A stretch of DNA of 64,000 nt from Craspedostauros australis. Its lineage: Eukaryota. Below are positions 25,045-36,579 of this stretch, piece by piece; positions within the stretch are counted from its first letter, which is position 1, and each line of letters begins with the position of its first letter. A program made the position numbers and the translations under genes. The DNA is taken from contig JALAGF010005068.1 of assembly GCA_030167865.1 (NCBI GenBank), positions 1-64,000 of the forward strand, in the 5' to 3' direction. Below the pieces are notes generated by a model. The model searched no databases. It saw nothing but the letters and a program-made list of their open reading frames with translations, and had not been told where the DNA came from.

Positions 25045-27100
25045 GCTGGAAGATGTGTTGGTTGGCACCGTCCCAAGTCCGCTCTGTTGCGATTATCCTG
25101 CTCTATGCTGCCCAAGCTCCGATGAAAATGACAGCCTGAGGTGTGTGTGGTATGTACTGGTCTCATCACGCAGCTGTATGTTTGCGCTGTCTCCTGATTT
25201 GATTGTATGAACGCGGAAGGTGCATGGTACGCACTCTGAGTTGGAATCCCATCAAGAGAAACGAAGCAAACGCGCTCTGTGATGTCGTGATGCGGGCTTG
25301 GTACCATCCGAGTACGCCCGCATTGCTCTTCGTGCTTCATGGGAAGAAGAACGCCAGGAATGCGCTAGAGCAAGGTTCTCCATGAACACGAGTTGCATTC
25401 GACAGAAACGTCACCTCTGTGGCGACATCTGACGCCCCAACCCACCATTCGCCATGTGACGCCCAGAGAGAGGACGGAATGCCATCTCGACAAGTCTTGC
25501 GCATTGCGCACAAAGCGCGTGAGAGCCTCGTCATCGCCCTCGTAGCGAATCATGTGGATTGTTTGGCGCGACTTTTGAGACGACATGGAATTTCGCGGAT
25601 TTGTGACGCACAATGGCCCGATGGAACAAAGCGAACATCACACGTGATGCAAAAAGTGACGCTGGTAGTCATAAGCCCTTCGTTGGCCTGGTCGCGGGTG
25701 CGCACGGCGTCAGGGATACCGCCAACTGCTCCAGTCAAGTCAATCGGAGTATGTGATGTCCGAAGACTCTCCCTCTGGAGAGACAGGGAGAGAGCATTCT
25801 GTGCTATGGTACCAGCGAGAGTTGCAACCGCGACGCCACACTGCACCACACTGCCCATTCTGTGGCCTCCAATACATCATCTTCGCTCTTGCGCTTAGCA
25901 ACTTGATCTTGGCTATCATTTGCACAGAGGGACGACTTCGTCGTTTGTCACTCGTACAATCGCGAGCGTGCACATCTCCAAGCATGGGGATGAAGTGAAC
26001 TCACATTTTACAGTAGCCAACGTGTGGCTTGTATGAGCTATCCGCCGACTGACGAACTTGCCGCAACTTCAATATTCAATCCGAACCGGAGATGACCATC
26101 ATGTGCGATTGAGAGTCGTCTGCACACGCATCGGGCAGTATAGTCGCGGCATTCTTCGCGTTCTTGGCTTGCTGTCTCGGTCGCCACGAACTCTTCCATA
26201 GTCGCAGATCTCAGCCACAGGAAGGGATTGGGAAGAAGCGCCGCTCTCCATTCGTGCGAAACAGATTTTTACCACCAAGGGCAACATGCCTCCCACTGCA
26301 GATTTCTTTGCGTCTGGTTGTACTCGAATGGTAGTACGTATCAGGGAGGCGGTCACACTTGGGAATATCCGCGGACGTGCAGAACACATCTCGAGATGGG
26401 TTGTGAAGGCAAGGCGTTTGCGCCGGCGTCGTGGAATTGCCAGACGGCGATCTCCACAGACGGGAAGGCAGTTGAGCGTTGTGGTCGCATCTCGGCACAG
26501 ATGCGGCTGTATCACTGCCCCAAACGAGTGCGTGGTATGCGGCGCGATGAGATGACTTCGCCGAAAATGGAAGCCAATGTATGTGCTCTTAGGTAAGCGC
26601 GAGAGACTCTTCCAACTATGCTTTTCAGCTGTGCTGTTCAGTTGCGCTACCTAACCCAACACTTGCGCGACCAGGTCGACATCTCGGTTCCCGCCTCCGT
26701 CGCTTCAGGCCGAAAACCTTCAAAATCACATTGCTCACGCAGGTATGGATGAGAGACACCATGGCAATGATCGTTCGCGAGAGACAAGTAGAGTAGATCC
26801 GAATCCCTCCCCCCAGGGAGCGTTGCTGAGCTCGAAATTCTTGGAATCGTCGAGTAGAGTACAATCGCTCTCTCTCTCTCTCACACTGGAAAGCTTCCGT
26901 CCATCATCTCCTGTGCAACATCCGCTCGCTATGCCCACCCACGCCCACTGAGCTTGGCGACGGAGCGAGCGTGCAGCATGTTCGTTTCCAGTTTCCATCC
27001 TGCCCCAGCCAGCGCTCACCGATAGATGGTGCGACTGCCCCTCACAGTCGCTGTGGAGATGTATGCATCGATGAACATGCGCACGTTGTGTCCGATTTGC

Positions 27101-29203
27101 TCAAAATCCGCTCATTCGGGCGATGAACTTATCGAGTTCGTCAGAGTGACCGCCGGTCGACCTGCCAATGGGCAGGCTCGGAGGACGTTCCAGATCAACA
27201 ATGAGGACGATGCGGCTTGATGAATCGCTGTAGTTGAACGCGCGGTGGATTTTGGAATCATCAAACACCATCGGCACGCCCTGACGGTGAATATCCATGC
27301 AACCATCCACCCACAATCCGCACAAGCCGGCCTCTTCTTCTGGTACGACCAGCGGGATGTGCAGCCTCACGACGTGGTTGGCAAGATCGGCCCATCCAGA
27401 ATGCGCCTCCAGAACAGTGTTGGGCTGGAGCTGGGAGAAAAGCGCTGTGCGGAGTCTGTCCCCGAGCACGGATTCCAGGATGCGGCATGTTTGCGGGCAC
27501 AGGGACCGAGTCACCGGCACCCACTGCCGGTGGTCCACGTCGTTGGCAGGAAAGCAGTAGCAGAGCGGGAACACCGTCCATGCTTCTATCGAGTCCGATG
27601 CTGACCCTGATCCTGCTGCCGCCGATGGTGCCGAGCTCGAGTAATGTTGCGTTTCTGGCCAAGGTGTCCATTTCGGTATGTTGACGGCTTCTTCTGTGAA
27701 GAGGCGGAGGTTCTCTGTAGAAAAGAGATCGCCACAATCGCCGTAGTACTGGTGGAAGTCCAAGATTGGTGGGCATACCAGACGATGCTCGATAGAAAAG
27801 CTGGGCTTGCTCTCGCTTTGTTGGTCATTGCTGTTGCCATTGACGCCGCTGCTGTTGCCGTTGCTGCCATTGTCCGTATTCTCAACACAGATCGTTTCCC
27901 ACAAGCATCCAGCTGGATCTACAGGAACGGTGCTATCCTTGGGATGCGTCGTGGATAAGTACGGCCGCTCGAAGATTGGTTTGAAGATCAGCAAAGTGGC
28001 TTCTTGATCGTTGCCGTTGTGTGGGTGGGCGGCACTTTTGGTTCCGGCTGCTGCGGCGTTTGGAGAAGTCGAGCCATGGGGATTCACCAGCTGGAATCCT
28101 TCAATTTCACGCAGATCTTCGAGCTCCTCCAAATCAGCGACACAATGAAGAAACCAGGATGGTGATGCGTCCGATATTCGGAATGATGTGAGCATATCGT
28201 TGCATTGTTCCGGTGATACGGCCAGCACACAAGCGGTGGGCAATTGGTCCGACAGAGGCTGTTGCGACGATGTTATTGGCGCTTCGTTGGTCGGTGGCAC
28301 CCAAGGAGAAACATCATGCGTGCAGCCCAGGAGGCTTCGGAAGAAATGCAACGCACTCGCCTTCGAAGATAGCAACGGCTCCTGATCATTGAGAGACTTC
28401 GCTTCATCTTCGCTCTGCGAGGTCCCGCACTGAGGAGTGGCGTTGCTGTTGTTGTTGTTGTGCGCATGCGTTCCACGACGTACGTCGACCCAGCGGACGT
28501 GGTAGTGATTTGCACTTGTAGTATCTATTGCCTGTGTCCCGCCAGCGCCATTCCTCTGGACCTGCTTGCCATGCACATCTCTGCGCCATTCCGTGCGTGG
28601 CAGCGGACAGTTGTGTGCAGGTCCGTTGGCTGCGTCCTGCGCATTCGTTTCCGCGCCATTGGATGCATTGGTGCTGCCGGTTATGCTATTAGCACCGTGC
28701 TCCGTCGCAGTGAACCATTCGATTCGAAGCATTGGATCAAGCGTTGCTGTAGAAGAAGCTTCAGTGTGGCGTGCACCACGAGAATCTTCCGGAATCCCAA
28801 GTATTGTGTCCAGTGGCATGCAAGGCCCACGAGCACGGAGCCATTGGCAATCATGTCTGGGTTGGAATTGGACTGGATCCAGATCAATGTCGTCATCCAT
28901 GTCGTCGTCGTCGTCGTCGTCGATGTCGTCGTCCAGATCCAGACCGCCATGTGCACCCGACGCCCCATCTTGATGACCTGGAGTTGGTTCGAACGTTGCT
29001 AGCCGTTTCGTCAGCGCCATTTCCAAGGATGACGCCTTGATTTGCAGCTCCTGTTGCAGATTGCAGGGGTGCCTGGCCACCTGCACTGGTGGATCATGAC
29101 ACCGATGCAGCACGATGGCGCTGCCCGCACTCGCGTTGCCAATGCTGCCGTAGCCATTGTGGTGTTTTGGCGCCAACCCATTTTTCGCTTCACGTTCACT
29201 CAT
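27101..29203 (-). CDS. Aspartyl/asparaginyl beta-hydroxylase domain protein (700 aa)
   Basis: ALFSQLQPNTVLEAHSG...RLHIPL...VFDDSKIHRAFN...RIVLIVDL in the C-terminal third. Confidence 0.88.
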   Translation of the reverse strand: MSEREAKNGLAPKHHNGYGSIGNASAGSAIVLHRCHDPPVQVARHPCNLQQELQIKASSLEMALTKRLATFEPTPGHQDGASGAHGGLDLDDDIDDDDDDDMDDDIDLDPVQFQPRHDCQWLRARGPCMPLDTILGIPEDSRGARHTEASSTATLDPMLRIEWFTATEHGANSITGSTNASNGAETNAQDAANGPAHNCPLPRTEWRRDVHGKQVQRNGAGGTQAIDTTSANHYHVRWVDVRRGTHAHNNNNSNATPQCGTSQSEDEAKSLNDQEPLLSSKASALHFFRSLLGCTHDVSPWVPPTNEAPITSSQQPLSDQLPTACVLAVSPEQCNDMLTSFRISDASPSWFLHCVADLEELEDLREIEGFQLVNPHGSTSPNAAAAGTKSAAHPHNGNDQEATLLIFKPIFERPYLSTTHPKDSTVPVDPAGCLWETICVENTDNGSNGNSSGVNGNSNDQQSESKPSFSIEHRLVCPPILDFHQYYGDCGDLFSTENLRLFTEEAVNIPKWTPWPETQHYSSSAPSAAAGSGSASDSIEAWTVFPLCYCFPANDVDHRQWVPVTRSLCPQTCRILESVLGDRLRTALFSQLQPNTVLEAHSGWADLANHVVRLHIPLVVPEEEAGLCGLWVDGCMDIHRQGVPMVFDDSKIHRAFNYSDSSSRIVLIVDLERPPSLPIGRSTGGHSDELDKFIARMSGF

Positions 29204-29943
29204 AATGCTCGTATAATAGTTCGGCTACGGCAGTGGCGATGGCGGAAGTACGGGTATGATGCTGGCAGCGTCGGACGCAGAGGTAACGCAAACTGCGGCT
29301 TGGTTGGATCAAGTGTTTGCGGAAGGAGCGATCGTGATGATTGTGGGCAACGCCGCCGCATTGTCTTCATGCTTGTTGTTGCGTTGTGCGGAGAAAAGCA
29401 ATAGAAGGTTTCGTTGCGCGCTTCAGCGTGGCACGTGCAACATCCTCCACGATTTTGGACGCACAACACGCCACAAAACCAGCGTAGTCCGGTTGACGGA
29501 CAGTCGGAAAACCATAAACGCTGTCAAATCCGAACTAGAGTATGGTACAGCAACATTGGAGCAGAGGAGTCCCAATCCTCTTCTCCTCTCATGCACCCTC
29601 GAGGTCACAAGCTGGCCGCTGAGTCCTCCGACGTATTCTACATTCTATTATATGCTCTAAGACATGCTCCAAGACATGCTCTCATACACATCCATCTACT
29701 CGTATTCGACACTTTCTGCTTCAAGTTTCAAAGTAGACACAGCAATGGTGGCATTTCACCTGGTGCAATCTCGCTCCAAAAGCTGCCATTCTCACGCGCA
29801 AGCGATGCAATGTACTAACACCCATGCAATAGAAGTGCCGCTGTGTCGAAAAAGTAATCTATTCAAAATCTATCGCGTAGGATGCATCTTCATGTTCCTC
29901 GCGTCTCGGTCTGGCTTGCCTTGCCGACTTGACGAGTGCACGC

Positions 29944-30441
29944 TTATTTGGTCGCTTCCCCGTTGCTGTGATCCGGATTGGAAGCTGAGTCACTCGTCAG
30001 GGCATCTCGCGAACCGGCGTCAGACAACGTTGAGGTTGTGGCGTCACCGTCATGATCGTTGTCGGCTGATTCCGACGCCGTATCTGACAGGATCTCGATG
30101 ACTTCGACCTGTTCCATGGTTCGAATCCTCTTCTTCTGCGGCAGCATGTAAGTGGGCGGCGGTGAGTGATTCTTCGTACTGGTACGGATACTGTGATCCA
30201 GATGCATCATGGCTGGTGACGTTGTCAGCGACGGTGCGTCGAAAGCTGTCGGAATGGGTGAGATGATGGATGCCATGGACCTTGTCGGCGAAGAGAATGC
30301 GGACGACTTGGATTGTCGCAGAATGAATCTCTTCATGGGGGCTTTCTCACTTCGTTCCAACGCAGTGACGTTGTCTGTCCGTCTCTTCTGGAACCCCTCT
30401 GGTGACATCGATGGTCCTCTCTGTGTTCGCATGGTCTCCAC
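29944..30441 (-). CDS. Small hypothetical protein (basic PQKKRIR motif)
   Basis: 165-aa ATG-initiated ORF with plausible composition; no recognisable domain. Confidence 0.4.
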   Translation of the reverse strand: METMRTQRGPSMSPEGFQKRRTDNVTALERSEKAPMKRFILRQSKSSAFSSPTRSMASIISPIPTAFDAPSLTTSPAMMHLDHSIRTSTKNHSPPPTYMLPQKKRIRTMEQVEVIEILSDTASESADNDHDGDATTSTLSDAGSRDALTSDSASNPDHSNGEATK

Positions 30442-31551
30442 GAGTATGGTACGACTATGTATGGTGCGGTACTCTGCTCTCTTGCAAGTGCTCTGATCGT
30501 TCGTGGCCTGGCTTGCGATCCTCCCTCAGCTACTCTACTCGATACTATTGTACGATGCTCCACGTGACGGCTTGCCTGCAGAGACTGTTGCTATTCACGG
30601 CGATAGTGGACGCTGTGACCGTGATACGGTGGATACGGCGGATACGGCGGTGGCAGTGGCGGTGGGTACGAAGTGTCGGCGTTGACGCTGATGTCAGCTC
30701 CTTGGTGTTGATGTCCTCGTGCGCTGCGGTGTGGGGAGGCCTGCTGTTCTGTTGGTCTTCTCTGCGAGCGGCGCGCAGTTGTTGCTCTCTCTGTGTTGTG
30801 CCTCCCGTGCGCAATTCGAGAATTCAGCGAAACGACATTCGCAGTCCTGTGCGCAGAATGCATCCACAGAGAATGCGAACCGGAGGTCTCCGTGATCTTG
30901 GCACGATGGGTGGCAAGGATGCGAGGAAAGAGGCGAGGCTGTGCGAGGGACAACACGAACGGAAACGAGAACGACAGACGGTCGCCGAAACTCCACGACG
31001 CCCACAAAACAACACGAAAGGTATCCGTCCTCGAGCGGTGACGAATGCTCGGAGATCATTCCCGTTTCTTGATTTAGAGGAGTCCTGGTTCACGTTTCGA
31101 ATGGGGGTTACTGGAGATACATTATTTATGACATTTATCCCTCGTACAGCATCTCGTTATTTTGTCCCTAGTTGCACTAAATTACCGTAAATCCAATTGA
31201 CAAGCCACAAATGCCTGCCTCACGAAATGACAACAAAGCCAACACACACACAACAACAACCACGCCGGCTCCGACCGCTCCTTCCATCCCCCACCAACAC
31301 ACAGCAGCACACATCAACACACACAAACATTGACAGCGACATTAGAATCGTTGACCATGAATCCATCATCGTTAGCACCTCGCAGATCATCGTCGCGACT
31401 TGCGCGCAAACGCAGTCTGCATCAGCTGCAGGAAGCACGGAGAAGAGAGCAGAGATGTCACAGGCCAAAGGCCACGGACTCGGCGCAAGCGCAAGATTGC
31501 GGGGTATTGCCAAGCGAGTGATACAGGATCACCGCCAGCATCACCAACGAT

Positions 31552-32112
31552 GTGCCGTGGGGATACGTGTGCGGGTATCCAACTCAGAACGGCGATTTGT
31601 ACGGTGGCGCTCACTACATGCAATCCTCCGCCGCAGAAATGACACCGCAAGGACGTGCCATCAACGAAGCAGCGATGAAGTTTGGAAACGGAGAGACGTT
31701 GCCGTTCACCCCGTGCAAGCGCGGCTATTTGCCCATGCTGGATGGAGTTCGGAAAGCGGCGTGCCCACTCCACAATGACCAACGGTGGAAGCGCCTGCGG
31801 TCGGAAGGTGATCAATTCCGCGATGGTGAAGTTAACCTGGTGGAGGAGTTTTGGTTGAAGCTCGAGGGAGACTCGGACGTTGACAACTCAAACCGCGCAA
31901 GTCGTAATGGACATGTCCATGACGATGGCCATTCTGCGCAGGCGGATTGCGCTGCTGACAAAACAACTGGTACCAGCCGTTCTGCGAAGCATTCTGACAG
32001 AGTTGCCACCGCCAATGCTGCCGCTGTTCGTGACGACGATCCAACACAAAGGAAACGGAAACGGAAACGAGAGCGCAAACGGAATCAGACGCAATTGCCA
32101 AGCACTGGATAG
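31552..32112 (+). CDS. Hypothetical protein or gene fragment
   Basis: 186-aa ORF with a globular-looking N-half and basic tail RKRKRKRERKR; start uncertain. Confidence 0.4.
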   Translation: MPWGYVCGYPTQNGDLYGGAHYMQSSAAEMTPQGRAINEAAMKFGNGETLPFTPCKRGYLPMLDGVRKAACPLHNDQRWKRLRSEGDQFRDGEVNLVEEFWLKLEGDSDVDNSNRASRNGHVHDDGHSAQADCAADKTTGTSRSAKHSDRVATANAAAVRDDDPTQRKRKRKRERKRNQTQLPSTG

Positions 32113-32625
32113 TGCTTCAGTTTCGCAAAGGCGGATGGCAGCTCAACACACACTCACAAGTATTAGATATCCGTGGAGCGCAGTACACGATCATGCTATT
32201 GATTTCGAGCGAAAGCGCACGAGGAAGTGACGAGCAAAGCAGCAGAATGATGCATCCAGATGTGGACTCAGCTCGATCTCCATTAGGATACGGACAATGT
32301 TGTACTTTGCACGTGCTCGATTCCACGTGTAGTGGACTCTTCTCTCTATCTCCCTCTCAAAAGAGAGAGAGAGAGAGAGAGACAGAACATCTATTTTGCC
32401 CGGCGTGTCTGTCCGTACGGCTATGGATTCAACGATCTCTTCAAGATTGTGAGTAGTGCGGCGAAACTACTCAGCCTCAGGACACGATGGACTCTATTTC
32501 CACCAGTACAGTGACAATCTACGAGAAGAGAGATAGGTAGAATGGCTATGTTACGCAAAAAGCAGAGTAAAACATTTGCCACAGTATCTTTCGTGATGAA
32601 CAGACAGCTCGTCGCGGTGCTAGCC

Positions 32626-33459
32626 TCAATTTGAACGGATCCGCAGCACTTCAATGTCCATCACCACCATGCCAGCAAGATCGTTACCAAGCGCTGCCCG
32701 TTCTCGATCAATCCGCACGTTGTTCATGACCGTCGTGTATAGACGTTGGCGATTCCCAAAGTCTCGGGGAATTGGCTCCAACGATTTGTTGGTGTACCCG
32801 ACAGTGGAGGGGATGACGATACGGCGTGTGTCACCTTCTTTCATACCCTGCATGCCTTCCTCCAACCCCACAACCACGCTACCATTCCCCAATTGCAGCC
32901 GATACGGTTCGTTGTCATCGAGTTGCGAGTTTTCAAAGATCCAACCATTCTTCCCCAACAAGCGGCCAGTCATGTGAAAGTTGACCTTCGAATTGGGTGT
33001 CACAACTTTGTCAGAGGCCATTCTGGGATTATCCGCTGTTGTGCGCACGTCCGCCCATCGAACACCGTCTGGAAGTGTGGTGAATTGCAGCTTCTTTGGT
33101 TGCGTATTGCTGGCGCCGCTGTCATCGGCGTCGCATGGATCGGCGGTGGACAGAATCATCGCCGATGTGACTATCCCAAGGGAGAGCGCTCTTGTCGGTG
33201 TGCGCAGCAGATGTTCGATGATCATTTCGCGTCTTGAGGTTGTCTGCGCATCTATTTTGATGGCTGACCGTGAACAACTTTGGCAATTGGGTCCATCTCG
33301 TATCTTCATCCTGTGGTCATCACAGTCCCATCTTTGTTGGTCGTGATCATGCTGCCGCCCATGTTTACTACCGGTAGTATGGTGATGCGCCAAGGAACTG
33401 CAGAGAGTGACCTGCGACGCCAAGACAACGAGCGGGAACAGGTAGGCGCACAGCTGCAT
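32626..33459 (-). CDS. Thylakoid-lumen FKBP-type peptidyl-prolyl isomerase
   Basis: Signal peptide, twin-arginine SRRE plus hydrophobic stretch, then VVVGLEEGMQGMKEGDTRRIVIPSTVGY. Confidence 0.9.
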   Translation of the reverse strand: MQLCAYLFPLVVLASQVTLCSSLAHHHTTGSKHGRQHDHDQQRWDCDDHRMKIRDGPNCQSCSRSAIKIDAQTTSRREMIIEHLLRTPTRALSLGIVTSAMILSTADPCDADDSGASNTQPKKLQFTTLPDGVRWADVRTTADNPRMASDKVVTPNSKVNFHMTGRLLGKNGWIFENSQLDDNEPYRLQLGNGSVVVGLEEGMQGMKEGDTRRIVIPSTVGYTNKSLEPIPRDFGNRQRLYTTVMNNVRIDRERAALGNDLAGMVVMDIEVLRIRSN

Positions 33460-34118
33460 CGTCTTCGTCCACAGTGCGTGTTGTACGACTATGGTTGTTG
33501 TTGTTTGGTTCTTTCCGCCTCTCTATCCGTGGACAGAGTACTTGTATTGTGTTGGAGTCTGTACCTTGGACTCGTGATGTTGTTGATTGTCCTGCTTCTC
33601 CTCTCCCTTGATGTGTTGTGACGTTGTTGGCATTCAGGGAAAGATCCACAAATCGAGGGGTTCGAACAAGTTGACACCTGTGGCGCGCACCACGGAAGCA
33701 CATGCAGTCCAAGCATTGTCGTACCATCCAGATCCGCCCTGTTTCGCCTCTTGAGGAGGTGATTATTCTTATCTAGTGCATGTTGTATTTGTAGTTGTAG
33801 TAGTAGTTGTAGTAGCATCATAGTGTATGGTTTCTATCCGAATGTTTGACTTTTGAAACACTTGGGTCGGACTCTCTTGCTTTGATACATAGACTTCTGT
33901 GATTGAAAACGACTGGTACGACTAAAGCCAAGAATTCAAGAAACACAAGAACGATCCATCACAACACATCACATCACCACCACCCAAAATCCAAAGAAAA
34001 ACAGAACAGTCGATCACGACAGCTGAAGGTTTTGGCTGATGGAACAACTGCTGCATGATGAACACTTGGACACTATCGTGGTATCTGCAGCTACCGGAGC
34101 GAGAGATGACCATACGAT

Positions 34119-34154
34119 CTACTCTGCTACTCTGCTACTCTGCTACTCCGCTAC
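34119..34154. repeat. 8-bp tandem repeat (CTACTCTG) x~4.5 upstream of rlmN
   Basis: ctactctg ctactctg ctactctg ctactccg ctac. Confidence 0.8.
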
Positions 34155-34294
34155 CGTTCATTGCGTTCGAATTCTTCATTAGCTGATTGACACGCACCAT
34201 ACGACCTACTCTCCTCATCATCACAGCAGCCAATTGCCGAACACATACTCCGGAGATTAGTAGACATCCCGATCCACTCAACAGCTCTGATCTG

Positions 34295-36415
34295 ATGGCA
34301 GCTTCGAAGCAACTCCGCTGTTGCTTTGCGTTTTGCTCCATCCTAATCGCCAGCAACAGCATGGGCATGCTCAACCGATTTGCGATGCTGCGGCAGGTTT
34401 CAGCATGGACGACAACAACTCGTGGGTTGGGCGCATCTAGGCGCAACATGGCAATCAACAGGCTCTCGAACCAGCATGCCTCCACCGATACACTGCAAGC
34501 CATGAACAACTTCGGGATTGGCCATCATGCGCTTGGAACAGCGCTGTTCTCTACCAGACAGAGGGAAAGATCGTCGAGCAGAGGCAACGAGTCTGGCTCC
34601 AACCGAGATGACCGACGAAATCGCAGCACTGCCTCGACAGGTCAGACAAAGGGCGGCAGCAAAGCTAGAAGCAAAGCTGGATCTGTGAACAAGCCTCCAT
34701 CGCGAAGAAAATCGGCGCCGCCGGGTGGAGAGAAAGGTGCAAGCTCAAAGAGGAGCCCCAACAAAGTATCATTATCTCCATCTCGGCCACAGATGCATGC
34801 TAGCGGTGACGGAAACAACGGTATTCAAACGAAGGACAGCAATATTGATTTGACTGTCGAAACCGGCTTCGACGATGCGCCAAAAATGATCAACCTCCAC
34901 ACCATCGAAAAGGACGAGTTGGCGCAGATCCTCAAGTCATGGGGGTACCCGAAATACAGAGCCGATCAGGTGTGGAACTGGGTGCGCGAGCAGGGAGTCG
35001 ATAACATCGACGAGATGAAGAACATCCCCAAGAAGCTGCGTGCCGATTTGCAGAAGCACGCCAAGATGACCAGCCTGGAACTGGACTGCGAGCTCGTTTC
35101 CAAGGACGGTACCATCAAGCGTGCCTACCGATTGTGGGACGGCCAGCTGATCGAGAGCGTCCTCATGCCGTACGAAGATGGGCGTTACACAGCATGCATC
35201 AGCAGTCAGGCAGGATGCGCGCAAGGTTGCGTGTTCTGCGCGACAGGCCAGATGGGATTCAGCCGCCAGCTCACGCCGGAGGAGATCTTCGAGCAGGTCT
35301 CCCGCTTCTCTGCCGAACTGGCCAAGGAGAATGACGGCAAATCGCGAACGAACGGACGCGAAAAACGCCTGTCCAATATCGTCTTCATGGGTATGGGCGA
35401 GCCGCTGGCAAACTATCGCAACGTCAAGGAGGCCGTGAGACGTATCCAGCAGGACATTGGCATCGGTGCGCGCCGTATCACCATTTCCACCGTCGGTTTG
35501 GTCCCCAACATCCGCAAGCTCATGGTGGACATGCCTCAGGTGCGATTGGCCGTGAGCTTGCACTGTGCCGATGATGATGAACGCACGGCGTTGCTGCCAG
35601 CCAACAAACGCTACGGCGGCCTCAAGGAACTCATGACCACCTTGAACGAGTACATCACAACCACCAACCGCCGCGTCACACTGGAATGGGCGCTGATCGA
35701 AGGCGAGAATGACACGCCGGAGACAGCCCGTTCGCTTGGCAAACTGATCCAACGCTACAACCTGCGTCGGGATATGGTCCACATCAACGTCATCCCGTTG
35801 AACCCCACGGGTGGATACGGCGGAGCACCGTCTGCACGTGGCCGCGTCAATACCTTTGCCAACATCTTGGAGAAGGAGTTCGGCATCACCTGCACGCCAC
35901 GTGTGCGACGTGGCATCGACATCAACGCAGGCTGCGGCCAGCTGAAGGCGGAGGTGGAGAAGCGAGAACGTGAAGAAGCTGCCGCGGTGGTTACGGAGGG
36001 GGGCAGCGACGATCCGCAAGGATTGGAGACCATCGGTGACAACACGGATGGTCTGTCCTTGCAAGACTTCGTCCCCCAAACAACATCGCCCATGGTCGGT
36101 ATATACGAAGATGACGACGACGACGATGACGACGACGACGAAGCTAATAATGATGATGATGGCGGTGACGGCAGTGGCGACGCTGGGCACTTCCAAGACG
36201 ACGCGCAGCAAGAACTGGATTCCACTTTTTCAGGGGTGAACTTCGTGATCGAGGGTGACTCAGTCGATTTTGATGATGAGTGGGAAGATTACGAGTACAC
36301 AGACGAGGACGAAAAGGCAGAGGCCCAAAGGTTGCTGGATTTGGTCAAAGGAACCGTCCTGACAGGCGACAACGAGATCATTCGATCGAACGATGAATAC
36401 ATACGAAAAGAATAA
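34295..36415 (+). CDS. rlmN: Radical SAM dual-specificity RNA methyltransferase RlmN, probably organelle-targeted
   Basis: CISSQAGCAQGCVFCATG, FMGMGEPLAN, SLH, INAGCGQL; N-terminal extension with VSA-W motif; acidic tail; first ATG 34295. Confidence 0.93.
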   Translation: MAASKQLRCCFAFCSILIASNSMGMLNRFAMLRQVSAWTTTTRGLGASRRNMAINRLSNQHASTDTLQAMNNFGIGHHALGTALFSTRQRERSSSRGNESGSNRDDRRNRSTASTGQTKGGSKARSKAGSVNKPPSRRKSAPPGGEKGASSKRSPNKVSLSPSRPQMHASGDGNNGIQTKDSNIDLTVETGFDDAPKMINLHTIEKDELAQILKSWGYPKYRADQVWNWVREQGVDNIDEMKNIPKKLRADLQKHAKMTSLELDCELVSKDGTIKRAYRLWDGQLIESVLMPYEDGRYTACISSQAGCAQGCVFCATGQMGFSRQLTPEEIFEQVSRFSAELAKENDGKSRTNGREKRLSNIVFMGMGEPLANYRNVKEAVRRIQQDIGIGARRITISTVGLVPNIRKLMVDMPQVRLAVSLHCADDDERTALLPANKRYGGLKELMTTLNEYITTTNRRVTLEWALIEGENDTPETARSLGKLIQRYNLRRDMVHINVIPLNPTGGYGGAPSARGRVNTFANILEKEFGITCTPRVRRGIDINAGCGQLKAEVEKREREEAAAVVTEGGSDDPQGLETIGDNTDGLSLQDFVPQTTSPMVGIYEDDDDDDDDDDEANNDDDGGDGSGDAGHFQDDAQQELDSTFSGVNFVIEGDSVDFDDEWEDYEYTDEDEKAEAQRLLDLVKGTVLTGDNEIIRSNDEYIRKE

Positions 36416-36579
36416 GAGAATTGTGCGAACTAACTCTGACGAGTGCAACTGCTTCAATGAATGTTGCAGAGTCAAGTTGTTGTACTAGAGTGCTGAGAGT
36501 GATTAGTCTTGGAATGCTTAATGCACGCTGTGTTTAATGCACGTTGTCCGTACGCATGTGAGCAGGAGGACGCCCCCAC

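Noticed and set aside
25100-27050. Short ORFs between the DUF6824 and hydroxylase genes
   Set aside because: No support for coding or RNA-gene structure
34937-36211. 424-aa ORF antisense to rlmN, and similar ones opposite DCTN1 and other genes
   Set aside because: Expected antisense shadows of GC3-rich coding sequence
34295-36415. rlmN as bacterial contamination or recent HGT
   Set aside because: Has a eukaryotic targeting extension and sits among intron-containing genes; organellar RlmN homologs are common in algae
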